Assembly (NCBI GenBank): GCA_046290465.1
Contig: JBKAGP010000001.1
Location: 4,352,001 to 4,416,000, forward strand
From: Planctomycetota bacterium
Lineage (GTDB): Bacteria; Planctomycetota; UBA1135; UBA2386
Direction: 5' to 3'
Length of the DNA stretch: 64,000 bases
Shown: in pieces, positions 50,979 to 59,341 of the stretch
How the letters are laid out: every line of letters starts with the position of its first letter
Position numbering within the stretch: the first letter of the stretch is position 1
Translations under genes and position numbers: made by a program
Notes under the pieces: generated by a model
What the model was told of the DNA's origin: nothing
Seen by the model: only the letters and a program-made list of their open reading frames with translations
The model's database searches: none

Positions 50979-51374
50979 ATGGAGATCATGGCAGCGAGGA
51001 GCGATAGGGCGGCCATGACGAGTTCCCCGGTGATCGATCGTGCGGCTCCGAAGCCGCTGACCATCCGTGTCCAGTTCTTCGGGCGGGTCCGCAGCGCCGC
51101 CATCACGCGCCACGCTGCCGCCCGGTTCGAGCGCGCGCTCGACCGCTTCCGCAGCCAGGTCGCCTCCCTGCTGGTGCGGGTGCGCGACATCAACGGTTCG
51201 CGCGGCGGCGTCGATCAGCAGTGCTCGCTGGAGCTGCAGCTGGTGGACGGCCAGCGCATGCACTTCGACGCGCTCGACGAGCGCCCGGAGCCGGCGATCA
51301 ACCGCCTGGCGCGGCGGGCGCGCAGCCTGCTGTCCCGCAGGGACCGGTCCAAACGGCACCGTCGCCGTCGCTGA
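50979..51374 (+). CDS. HPF/RaiA-family (S30AE-like) small protein
   Basis: ALDRFRSQV...VRVRDINGSRGGVDQQC; basic; start could be 50979, 50988 or 51015. Confidence 0.75.
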   Translation: MEIMAARSDRAAMTSSPVIDRAAPKPLTIRVQFFGRVRSAAITRHAAARFERALDRFRSQVASLLVRVRDINGSRGGVDQQCSLELQLVDGQRMHFDALDERPEPAINRLARRARSLLSRRDRSKRHRRRR

Positions 51375-51424
51375 GCGCCGGCGCCCGAACCCTCATTCCT
51401 CATCATCGAATCAGGAGAGCAGAG

Positions 51425-52330
51425 ATGAACACCATGGCCATCGGCATCTTGTCGGCCCTGTTCGCGGGGCCGGCTTCGTTCGAACCGGAACGCGCGGACG
51501 CGGCGCCGCAGGATCTTGCCGCCGTCGCTTCGCGAGCGGATCGCGTGCCCGCCGCCGAGCACCTGCAGCGTGCTCGCGAAGCGGCCGAAGTCGGCGAGGT
51601 CGACGCCGCGTTGCAGCACGTGCGGCAGGGATTGCGCAGCGCGGGCGACGATCGCCGCGCGACCTACGACCGGGCGCGGCTCGAGGCCTGGGCGATCGAC
51701 TGGCGCGAGCGCGTCGTGATGGGCAGCCTCGAGCGCGGCGAACTCGAGGCCGCGCGACGCGACATGTTGCGCCTCAGTGAGCCGCTGACGAGTGATCTGG
51801 CCCGGAGCCGGCTCGATGGCCTGAGGCAGCGCGTGGCCGACGCGGAGCGCCGCAGCGCGCAGCGCGGGGACCGTTCGGCCGAGGCGCGCATCGCCCGCCG
51901 ACTGGCCGCCTCGGAGCGGGCGTTGGTCTCTGCCGAGAAGGAGCTGAACCGGGCGCGGGCTGCTGGTGCCCAGACGGTTCGCGCCGCGCGACGCGCCGAG
52001 GCCGCGCTTCGTCGCTACCGCGGGGTCGAGGACGACGTGGACCGGTGGTTGCGGGATTCGCGCTTCGGCCAACGGGATCGGCAGCGCCTGATGGCGGTCC
52101 GGATCCGCGCCGGTTCGGGTGCCGTCGACGCGATGCTCGCGATCGCCAACGCCCGGACCACGCAAGGGGACTTCCGCGAGGCGCTCGAGTGGGTCGAGCG
52201 GGTGGCCCTGCGCGCGCCGCGCAACGCCGAGGCGAAGGAGCTGCGTCGCACGATCCAGCTGGCCAGCGCTGCATCGGGCGGCTGGATCGGGTGGGGGCCG
52301 GCTGGCCGCTTCGTCGGGCCGCTGCGCTAG
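51425..52330 (+). CDS. hypothetical helical (coiled-coil/TPR-like) protein, possibly exported
   Basis: CAGGAG RBS; Ala/Arg/Glu-rich helices; C-terminal TPR-like GDFREALEWVERVALRAPRNAEAKEL. Confidence 0.7.
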   Translation: MNTMAIGILSALFAGPASFEPERADAAPQDLAAVASRADRVPAAEHLQRAREAAEVGEVDAALQHVRQGLRSAGDDRRATYDRARLEAWAIDWRERVVMGSLERGELEAARRDMLRLSEPLTSDLARSRLDGLRQRVADAERRSAQRGDRSAEARIARRLAASERALVSAEKELNRARAAGAQTVRAARRAEAALRRYRGVEDDVDRWLRDSRFGQRDRQRLMAVRIRAGSGAVDAMLAIANARTTQGDFREALEWVERVALRAPRNAEAKELRRTIQLASAASGGWIGWGPAGRFVGPLR

Positions 52331-52534
52331 GAGCGCGTCCACTACATGGACGCACACCACTAGGGCGCGCGGTCTTGCCGGGCTGCGGCCCGGCCTGTGC
52401 TCGCCGCCTTTCGGCCTGGCTGGCCCGCCTGTCGGCGCGGGCCGGGGCCGTGCTGGCCCCGCTTGGTGGGGACGCGGTCTCGGCGGCCCATCTGTGGAAG
52501 GTGCAGCCGCCTTCGCGGTGGCGGCGGCCTGAGC

Positions 52535-52666
52535 GATCAAATGTGATCGAATAGACCGTTCGAAGCGGCGCCAGCGATCGTATTCGATAGCTCCTTGGCA
52601 CGCCTGGAAGTGATCAAAAACGATCGGAATATGGTCGATGACGGCCAGGATCCATCATAATTGATC
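52535..52666. promoter_or_regulatory. four GATC-N6-GATC-type operators and -10 box of hipBA
   Basis: sites at 52535, 52576, 52612, 52653; CATAAT 52656-52661 is 7 nt before ATG. Confidence 0.65.
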
Positions 52667-52668
52667 AC

Positions 52669-53019
52669 ATGAAGATCGAAGCGCTCACTCCGAACGCGGC
52701 GGTGCTCGAGGAGCTCGGGCGGCGGCTGCAGCTCGTGCGCAAGCAGCAGGGGCTGACCCAGGACGAGCTCGCCACCCAGGCCGGGCTCGGCGTCGCGACG
52801 CTGCGTCGCATCGAGGACGGCAGCGACGGCCGACTGGGTTCGTGGGTGCGGCTGCTGCGCGCGCTCGGCATGAGCGCGGCGATCGACGCGCTGCTGCCCG
52901 AGACGTTCCGTTCGCCGATGCGCGAGGCGCGCGAACGGTCCGGCCGCCGCCGCGGCCCCAAGGGTGACGGCGGTCCCGAGGGCGACGGCGGCTTCGTCTG
53001 GGGGGACGGCAAGCGATGA
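52669..53019 (+). CDS. XRE-family HTH antitoxin (HipB-like)
   Basis: RKQQGLTQDELATQAGLGVATLRRIEDG; ATGA overlap with hipA. Confidence 0.9.
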   Translation: MKIEALTPNAAVLEELGRRLQLVRKQQGLTQDELATQAGLGVATLRRIEDGSDGRLGSWVRLLRALGMSAAIDALLPETFRSPMREARERSGRRRGPKGDGGPEGDGGFVWGDGKR

Positions 53020-54311
53020 CCACCGCGACCGTGCGCCTGTGGGGCACCGCGATCGGCTACGTGTCGATGGACCAGGGCGAGCGCTTCGCGCGGTTCGAGT
53101 TCGACCCCGAGTTCGCGCGTTCCGGCATCGAGTTGGCGCCGCTGCAGATGCCGCTGGCCGCCGGCAGGATCTACCAGTTCCCAGAGCTGCACCCGCGGTC
53201 GTTCCACGGCCTGCCGGGGCTGCTCGCCGACTGCCTGCCCGACCGCTACGGCAACCGCCTGATCGATGCGTGGCTGGCGCGCACCGGCCGCACGCGCGAA
53301 CAGTTCCACGCCGTCGATCGCCTGTGCTACATGGGCCGCCGCGGCATGGGCGCGCTCGAGTTCGAGCCGGCGACGCTCGCGGACGAACGCGACGACCGGT
53401 CGCTCGAGGTCGCGCAGCTCGTCGAGCTGGCGTCGATGGCGTTTGCCAGCAAGGGGGAGCTCGATACGCGGCTCTCCGGCGAGGTCGGCGAGCAGGCGAT
53501 GCTCGACATCCTCAGCGTCGGCACGTCGGCGGGCGGCGCGCGCGCCAAGGCGGTGATCGCGTTCGATCCGAGCACGCGGCAGGTCCGTTCGGGTCAGCTC
53601 GACCTGCCGGACGGCTTCGAGCACTGGCTGATCAAGTTCGACGGCGTCGAGTTCAACGGCGACTGGGGCGTCGCCGATCCCAAGGGCTACGGGCTGCTCG
53701 AATACAGCTACTCGCAGATCGCGGCGCGCTGTGGCGTCGAGATGACCGAATGCCGCCTGTTCCAGGAGAACGGTCGCAGCCACTTCATGACGCGCCGGTT
53801 CGATCGCGACGACGACGGCGGCAAGCGCTTCGTGCAGACGCTCGCCGCGGTGGCGCACTTCGACTACTACGAGAGCGGCGCCTACTCGTACGAGCAGCTG
53901 TTCCTGACGATGAAGCAGCTGCGGATGCCGCAGCCCTCGATGGAGCAGCAGTTCCGGCGCGTGCTGTTCAACCTGGTCGGCTGCAACCAGGACGACCACG
54001 TCAAGAACACCGCGTTCCTGATGGACCGGCAGGGCCGGTGGGACCTGACGCCGGCCTACGACCTGTGCCACGCCGAGGGCAGCGACTTCACCAGGCGCCA
54101 TCAGTTGAGCATCGGCGGCAAGACCGACGGGTTCACGCGTGACGACCTGAAGGAGCTGGCCGACTACGCCGGGTTGCCGCAGGGGCGCGACCGCATCCTG
54201 CTCGAGGAGGTCGTCGACGCGTTCTCGCAGTGGCCCCAGCTCGCCGCAGAGCTCGGGGTGCCGGACGACCTGGTGCGTCACGTGACGCGCACGCTGCGGC
54301 TCGACTGGTGA
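53016..54311 (+). CDS. hipA: HipA family toxin kinase
   Basis: GTSAGGARAKA, WLIKFD, FMTRRFDR, NQDDHVKN, LTPAYDL. Confidence 0.94.
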   Translation: MTTATVRLWGTAIGYVSMDQGERFARFEFDPEFARSGIELAPLQMPLAAGRIYQFPELHPRSFHGLPGLLADCLPDRYGNRLIDAWLARTGRTREQFHAVDRLCYMGRRGMGALEFEPATLADERDDRSLEVAQLVELASMAFASKGELDTRLSGEVGEQAMLDILSVGTSAGGARAKAVIAFDPSTRQVRSGQLDLPDGFEHWLIKFDGVEFNGDWGVADPKGYGLLEYSYSQIAARCGVEMTECRLFQENGRSHFMTRRFDRDDDGGKRFVQTLAAVAHFDYYESGAYSYEQLFLTMKQLRMPQPSMEQQFRRVLFNLVGCNQDDHVKNTAFLMDRQGRWDLTPAYDLCHAEGSDFTRRHQLSIGGKTDGFTRDDLKELADYAGLPQGRDRILLEEVVDAFSQWPQLAAELGVPDDLVRHVTRTLRLDW

Positions 54312-54317
54312 CGGCGG

Positions 54318-55175
54318 CTACGGCCCGAACTGCTGCGCCAGCGTGATCGCGGCGATCGCGACGACCGGCAGGATCAGCACGCGCAGCAGGTCGCCGAGGG
54401 CCGGGGGGCGCCACGCCCCGTCGAGCGCCTGCGGTCGACCCGGGATCAACTCGACGAGGCAGCTGCGCCCGCTCGCCTCGTCGAACAGGACGTGGCGGGC
54501 GACCTGTTCGTCGAAGAACTCGAGGTCGTGGGTGCGATCGGTGGCGGTGCGCCGCGCGCCGCGCTCGTCGACGAACTCGAAGGAGAGCCGGTGCACGTAG
54601 CGACCGTTCACCTGGGTGCGGGTCGGCTCCTTCGCGGTCAGCACGCCCCACGCGGAGTTGCCGCGGCGCATCAGCCGCACGCGGCGGCCGTTGCGGAACA
54701 GCGCGACCGTCAGCAGCACCACCGCCGCGAACGGGAACAGCAGCACCAGCCCGACCCAGCCTTCGAACCGACGTTCCATCATGCCGACGATGCGCGCGTG
54801 CTGCGGCATGCCGACGGGCCATTCGATCTCGTACCGGGCGTCGACCTGCAGCGGGCCGCCGTCGTGGAACGACACGCACTCGTGCTCGACGCCGTCGACC
54901 TCGTGCACGAACGTGGCGCTGACGATCGTGTTGCCGTTGCTCCGCGACGAGGTCTCCCCGCTGGCGACGACGGTGCCGAGGCCGGTCGCGAGTTCGCCGG
55001 TGTAGCGGGACGACGTCAACAGCGTCGAGTTGCCGACGAACATGGTGGCCATCGCTCCGCCGAACGCGAACACCAGCCAGCCGATCATCATCACGATTCC
55101 GCCCAGCCGAACGCGCAGGTCGAGCGACAGCGGGACGGGGCGCGGCGGCGGCGACAGCGGGGGCGGCTCGGGCAT
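54318..55175 (-). CDS. membrane protein with duplicated DUF3592-like beta domains
   Basis: three hydrophobic segments flanking two beta-rich units (ETSSRSNG...FVHEVDG; PTRTQVNG...FEFVDERG); TATCTT 7 nt before ATG. Confidence 0.7.
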   Translation of the reverse strand: MPEPPPLSPPPRPVPLSLDLRVRLGGIVMMIGWLVFAFGGAMATMFVGNSTLLTSSRYTGELATGLGTVVASGETSSRSNGNTIVSATFVHEVDGVEHECVSFHDGGPLQVDARYEIEWPVGMPQHARIVGMMERRFEGWVGLVLLFPFAAVVLLTVALFRNGRRVRLMRRGNSAWGVLTAKEPTRTQVNGRYVHRLSFEFVDERGARRTATDRTHDLEFFDEQVARHVLFDEASGRSCLVELIPGRPQALDGAWRPPALGDLLRVLILPVVAIAAITLAQQFGP

Positions 55176-55246
55176 GTCCGGAAAGATAGCGTCGCCCTGC
55201 AACGTGCACGGCATTCCGGTGGTTGCTGGCGGCCTCCCGACCGCCC

Positions 55247-56512
55247 ATGACCTTCGCCGCCTTCGCCGATCTCGCCCGCACCCTGGTGGTCCGGGCCTTC
55301 ACCGCCGACTTCCAGCGCGAGCGCGCGACCGGCCGCGAACGCGCCGAACTGCTCGGCGCCGAGCGCCCGGTCGCCGATCCGCTGGCGCAGGACTACGTCA
55401 GCTGGCGGCGGGCGGCGCTGTGGGTCGCGGCGGTGCTGCTGTCGCTCGGAGTGGTGCTGTCGATGCTCGACTTCTCGTCGACGGCATCGCAGCTTGCGGA
55501 AGGGGCCAACGCGACGTCCGCCCAGGTCGAGCAGATGTTCGGCGCGGGCAACCTGTCGCTGATCGACCTGCTGCAGGTCGTGCTGCTGCTGGTCAAGCTG
55601 GCCGTCGCCGCGTTGACGGTCGTCGCGGCGGTGCGCTGGACCCGGGTCGCCAGCTCGCGTTCGTTCAGCCGCTACGCGTGGCTGTGCGCGCTGGTGTTGC
55701 CGCTGGTCATCGCCGGCTTCCCGTGGGGGCAGTTCCTCGACTTCTCGCACCTCAACGGCGGCTTCGGCGCGGCGGCCGGGCAGGGCGCGGCGGCCCAGCA
55801 GCAGGTCTCGGTCGCGATCGGCGCGATGCTGCTGGTGACGGTGGCGCCCAAGCTGCTGGCGCTGTTCCCGGGCATCATGCGCAGTTCGCTGACCCTCAAG
55901 ACGCTGCTGCCGCAGGCCGCGGCGCCGGGCTGGCTGACGGTGGTGTTCGCGCCGTTCCTGGCCGGGTTCCTGCTGCTGGTGCTGAGCTTCCTCAGCCAGG
56001 TGCAGGGCAGCTGGGCGCTGATCCTCGGCGTGATGTGCCTCGTCGCCGGGCCGTGCCTCTACGTGCGCCGCGCCCGCGACCTGGTGCGACCGCACACCGA
56101 CGAAGAGGTCGGCGTCGTCGTGCGTGCCGTTCGCAAGCAGGCGCTGGCGTTCCACGCGATCGGGGCGCTGCTGCTGTTCGTCTACGTGGCCGATCTCGAG
56201 GGGCTGTCGTGGCTGTCGGTGCTCCACCTCGGCCTCGAGGCGGCCGGTGGCGTGATGCTGACGATGGTCGCGATCAGCGACGTGACGCTGGCCCTGCTCG
56301 CGTTCAGCCATCGCCAGGGCACGGCGTTCCACGCGTCGGATCTGCGCGCGCAGCACGAGCAGCGCCTGCAGGCGCTGGCGACCTGTGGTCTGACCAGCGT
56401 CGACGAGGCGTTCGGGCTCGGCGCCAGCGGCGGCGAGTTTGCGGCTCAGACCATGCCGGCGATCGCGCCGATCAGGTCCGGCGACGAGACCAGGCCGACC
56501 AGTTCGTCCTGA
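55247..56512 (+). CDS. polytopic membrane protein, unknown function
   Basis: about eight hydrophobic helices; typical codon bias. Confidence 0.78.
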   Translation: MTFAAFADLARTLVVRAFTADFQRERATGRERAELLGAERPVADPLAQDYVSWRRAALWVAAVLLSLGVVLSMLDFSSTASQLAEGANATSAQVEQMFGAGNLSLIDLLQVVLLLVKLAVAALTVVAAVRWTRVASSRSFSRYAWLCALVLPLVIAGFPWGQFLDFSHLNGGFGAAAGQGAAAQQQVSVAIGAMLLVTVAPKLLALFPGIMRSSLTLKTLLPQAAAPGWLTVVFAPFLAGFLLLVLSFLSQVQGSWALILGVMCLVAGPCLYVRRARDLVRPHTDEEVGVVVRAVRKQALAFHAIGALLLFVYVADLEGLSWLSVLHLGLEAAGGVMLTMVAISDVTLALLAFSHRQGTAFHASDLRAQHEQRLQALATCGLTSVDEAFGLGASGGEFAAQTMPAIAPIRSGDETRPTSSS

Positions 56513-56613
56513 TCCTCGACCAGCACCCGGTGCACGCGCGCCTCGAACATGTGCTGCATGACGCCGGCCGCGTTGCGATCGGCGAGAGCAACGGTCTTGG
56601 TTTGGTTCTGCAT
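56446..56613 (-). CDS. single CBS-domain mini-protein or truncated CBS gene
   Basis: GGAGG RBS; MFEARVHRVLVEDQDELVGLVSSPDLIGAI is a CBS-like motif; overlaps the convergent gene by 67 bp. Confidence 0.5.
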   Translation of the reverse strand: MQNQTKTVALADRNAAGVMQHMFEARVHRVLVEDQDELVGLVSSPDLIGAIAGMV

Positions 56614-56726
56614 GTCGACCTCCACACAATGCAACCGAAGCACTGCCACCGACCTTCCGCGCACATGTGCGCATGGTCGTGGGGCCGATCCGATACCACA
56701 CTCCGCTTCGACCAAGGAGAACCCGC

Positions 56727-57158
56727 ATGCCCGGCATCGTCCTGACCACTGATCTCTCGCAGGAGTCGCAGCGCGCGTTCGCGCCGGTGCGCGAACTGGC
56801 CGAACGTCTCGGCCAGCACATCACGCTGATCGCGATCCTCGAAGACCTGCCGTTCGAGCCGACCGCGGGCACGATGATGGCGGTCTATCCCGATCGCGAG
56901 CAGCTGCGCGCCGACTGGGACAAGAAGTTGAAGGAGCTCGCCGGCGACATCGGGGATCGCTGCACCGGCACCGACGTGCTCGACGCGGCCGACGTTCCGC
57001 ATGCGATCTGCGAATACGCGAAGGAGCATGGTGCCGACTACATCGCGATGGCGACGCACGGCCGTTCGGGGCTGCGTCGACTGCTGCTCGGCTCGGTCGC
57101 CGAGGTCGTCGTCCGGCATGCGACCGTGCCGGTCGTGCTCTACCCGCCGAGCGAGTAG
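56727..57158 (+). CDS. universal stress protein
   Basis: IVLTTDLS, ADYIAMATHGRSGLRRLLLGSVAEVVVRHATVPV; AAGGAG RBS. Confidence 0.93.
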   Translation: MPGIVLTTDLSQESQRAFAPVRELAERLGQHITLIAILEDLPFEPTAGTMMAVYPDREQLRADWDKKLKELAGDIGDRCTGTDVLDAADVPHAICEYAKEHGADYIAMATHGRSGLRRLLLGSVAEVVVRHATVPVVLYPPSE

Positions 57159-57826
57159 TCGTCGCGCGCCGCGTCCTGCGCCTGCCAGGCGTGGAAGCGG
57201 TGCACCATCAGCGCGCTCGCGAACACCGGCCCGATCAGGTTGATCAGCGGCATCGTCATCAAGAACGCGATCACCGCGCCGGTCAGCAGGCACTCGCCGT
57301 TGCGCCGGCGATGCAGCGCCTTGGTCTCCTTCGGCGACAGCCGCCGCAGCGCGACCAGCTCGAGGTACTCGCGGCCGATCAGCCAGCCGTTGACGGCGAA
57401 CCAGGCGACGGCGTAGATCGGCGGGAAGAACAGCAGGAACAGCAGCAGCACGTTGGCGAGCACCAGCGCGGCGAGGTAGCTCAGCGCGACCGCGACGCTC
57501 TGCACGATGCTGATGCCGGGGGCCTTCGGCAGGTGCGGATAGTGCTGCTTTTCGACGACGTTGCAGATGTAGTCGAGGAACAGCGCGATGAACACGCTGG
57601 CGACGATCGGGAACAGGAACCACGCCAGCACCAGCGTGGCGAGGCCTTCGAGCCAGCCGAGCCAGCTCTCGCCGTCGCTGTCGGGCCACAGCCACAGCAC
57701 CGCGTAGTCGATGCCGAACCAGACGGCGACGAACGTCACGATGCTGAACAGCGCGCACAGCCCCAGCACGCCGAGGATCGGCGCCGTGAACAGCTGCGCG
57801 AGCGCCAGGGAAATCGCGCGTCCCAT
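57140..57826 (-). CDS. EI24/CysZ-like membrane protein
   Basis: ALFLDYICNVVEKQHYP, NGWLIGREYLELVALRR, PLINLIGP. Confidence 0.87.
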   Translation of the reverse strand: MGRAISLALAQLFTAPILGVLGLCALFSIVTFVAVWFGIDYAVLWLWPDSDGESWLGWLEGLATLVLAWFLFPIVASVFIALFLDYICNVVEKQHYPHLPKAPGISIVQSVAVALSYLAALVLANVLLLFLLFFPPIYAVAWFAVNGWLIGREYLELVALRRLSPKETKALHRRRNGECLLTGAVIAFLMTMPLINLIGPVFASALMVHRFHAWQAQDAARDDYSLGG

Positions 57827-57828
57827 GA

Positions 57829-59238
57829 TCAGCAGGCGCTGCCCACCAGGGCTTCGAGGGCGAGGCGCTCCTTGGGCACCTCGGCGGACAGCACGTCGTG
57901 GCCGTTCTTGGTGCACATCACGTCGTCCTCGATGCGCACGCCGCCGAAGCCGCGCTTGCTGTTCATGCCGAGGAACCGTTCGGCCCTGGTGAAGTCGACC
58001 TGACCACGGAACTGCTTCTTCATCGCAGGGTCGCGCAGGATCGCGGGCACGAAGTAGATGCCCGGTTCGATCGTGACGCACATGCCGGGCGCCATGTCGA
58101 CGTCGAGGCGCAGGAAGGCCGAACCGAACTGCTTGCTGCGCTTGCGGCCCGGGGGGTAGTGGATCAGGTCGCCGAAGCCCTCCATGTCGTGCACGTCGAG
58201 GCCGATCAGGTGGCCGACGCCGTGCGGGAAGAACACGGCGTGCGCGCCGCTCTCGACCAGGTCGTCGGCGTCGCCGTGCATCAGGCCCAGCTGCGACAGC
58301 CCGTCGGCGAGCACGCGTGCCGACGCGAAGTGCAGGTCGCGGTAGCGCACGCCGGGCCGGATCATCGAGATCGAGGTCTTCTCGGCCTCGAGCACGATGT
58401 CGTAGATGTCGCGTTGCTCTGGCGAGAACCGGCCGTTGACCGGCCACGTGCGGGTGACGTCGCCGCAGTAGCCGCTCGGCACTTCGGCGCCGGCGTCGAG
58501 CAGCACCAGGTCGCCGCTCTTCATCAGGTTGCCGTGGTCGTGGTTGTGCAGCACCTCGCCGCGCACGCTGAGGATCGTGCCGTAGGCCGGCACGCAGCCG
58601 CTCTTGACGAACGTGCCCTCGACGTGGCCGACGAGTTCCTGCTCGTAGATGCCGGGCCTGGTGTGCGCCATCGCGGCCTTGTGCGCGTCGCGCGTGACCG
58701 CGGCGGCCTGCCGCATCTCCTTGACCTCCTCCGGGGTGCGGTGGTTGCGCAGCTGCGCGATCGCGAGCAGCAGCTCCGGGTCGCCGACCTTCTTGGGGTG
58801 GAAGAAGTCGACGCGGTCGCCGGTGATCTTGCGCGCCTCGGCGGTCGCGCGCGGGTCCGCGATCGCGATCGTCCTGGCCTTGCGGCTGCCGAGCTTCTTC
58901 TTCACCGCGGTCGCGAGTTCGCTGCGCTTCTCGATCCTGGTCACGCCGGCAACGCGCTTGACGTCGGCGAAGCTCGGCGTCGGGCCGTGCCACAGGGCGT
59001 CGTCGGTGGTGCGTTCGTCGAGGAACAGGGTGACCGACCCGTCCTTCGGATCGAACAGCGCCGCGGCGTTCGGCTCGGGATCCGGGAAGAAGAACAAGAA
59101 GGTGCTGTCCGCGCGGAACGGGCCGGGGTTGGCCGGGTAGTTGCGCGAGATCCAGCCGCCCGCCATCAGCAGGACCGGCGAGTCGATGGCGTCGAGGAAC
59201 TGCTTGCGGCGATTCTTGAAGTGCGAAGGACTCGGCAT
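57829..59238 (-). CDS. pepP: Xaa-Pro aminopeptidase (M24B)
   Basis: VLHNH, LLDAGAE, YCGDVTRTWP, HGVGHLIGLDVHD, TIEPGIYF, GGVRIEDDV. Confidence 0.93.
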   Translation of the reverse strand: MPSPSHFKNRRKQFLDAIDSPVLLMAGGWISRNYPANPGPFRADSTFLFFFPDPEPNAAALFDPKDGSVTLFLDERTTDDALWHGPTPSFADVKRVAGVTRIEKRSELATAVKKKLGSRKARTIAIADPRATAEARKITGDRVDFFHPKKVGDPELLLAIAQLRNHRTPEEVKEMRQAAAVTRDAHKAAMAHTRPGIYEQELVGHVEGTFVKSGCVPAYGTILSVRGEVLHNHDHGNLMKSGDLVLLDAGAEVPSGYCGDVTRTWPVNGRFSPEQRDIYDIVLEAEKTSISMIRPGVRYRDLHFASARVLADGLSQLGLMHGDADDLVESGAHAVFFPHGVGHLIGLDVHDMEGFGDLIHYPPGRKRSKQFGSAFLRLDVDMAPGMCVTIEPGIYFVPAILRDPAMKKQFRGQVDFTRAERFLGMNSKRGFGGVRIEDDVMCTKNGHDVLSAEVPKERLALEALVGSAC

Positions 59239-59341
59239 GACGCGCCGAGCGTAGCGACCGTGCGTCCGCGCTGAATGCACCGGGTGGGAGTTTCGGGTGT
59301 GGAGAGGCCGTCTTGGCTCGCCACCATCACCCTCGCAGACC

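Noticed and set aside
40329..54311. Defence island (methyltransferase plus HipBA)
   Set aside because: The two are 11 kb apart and separated by housekeeping and metabolic genes.
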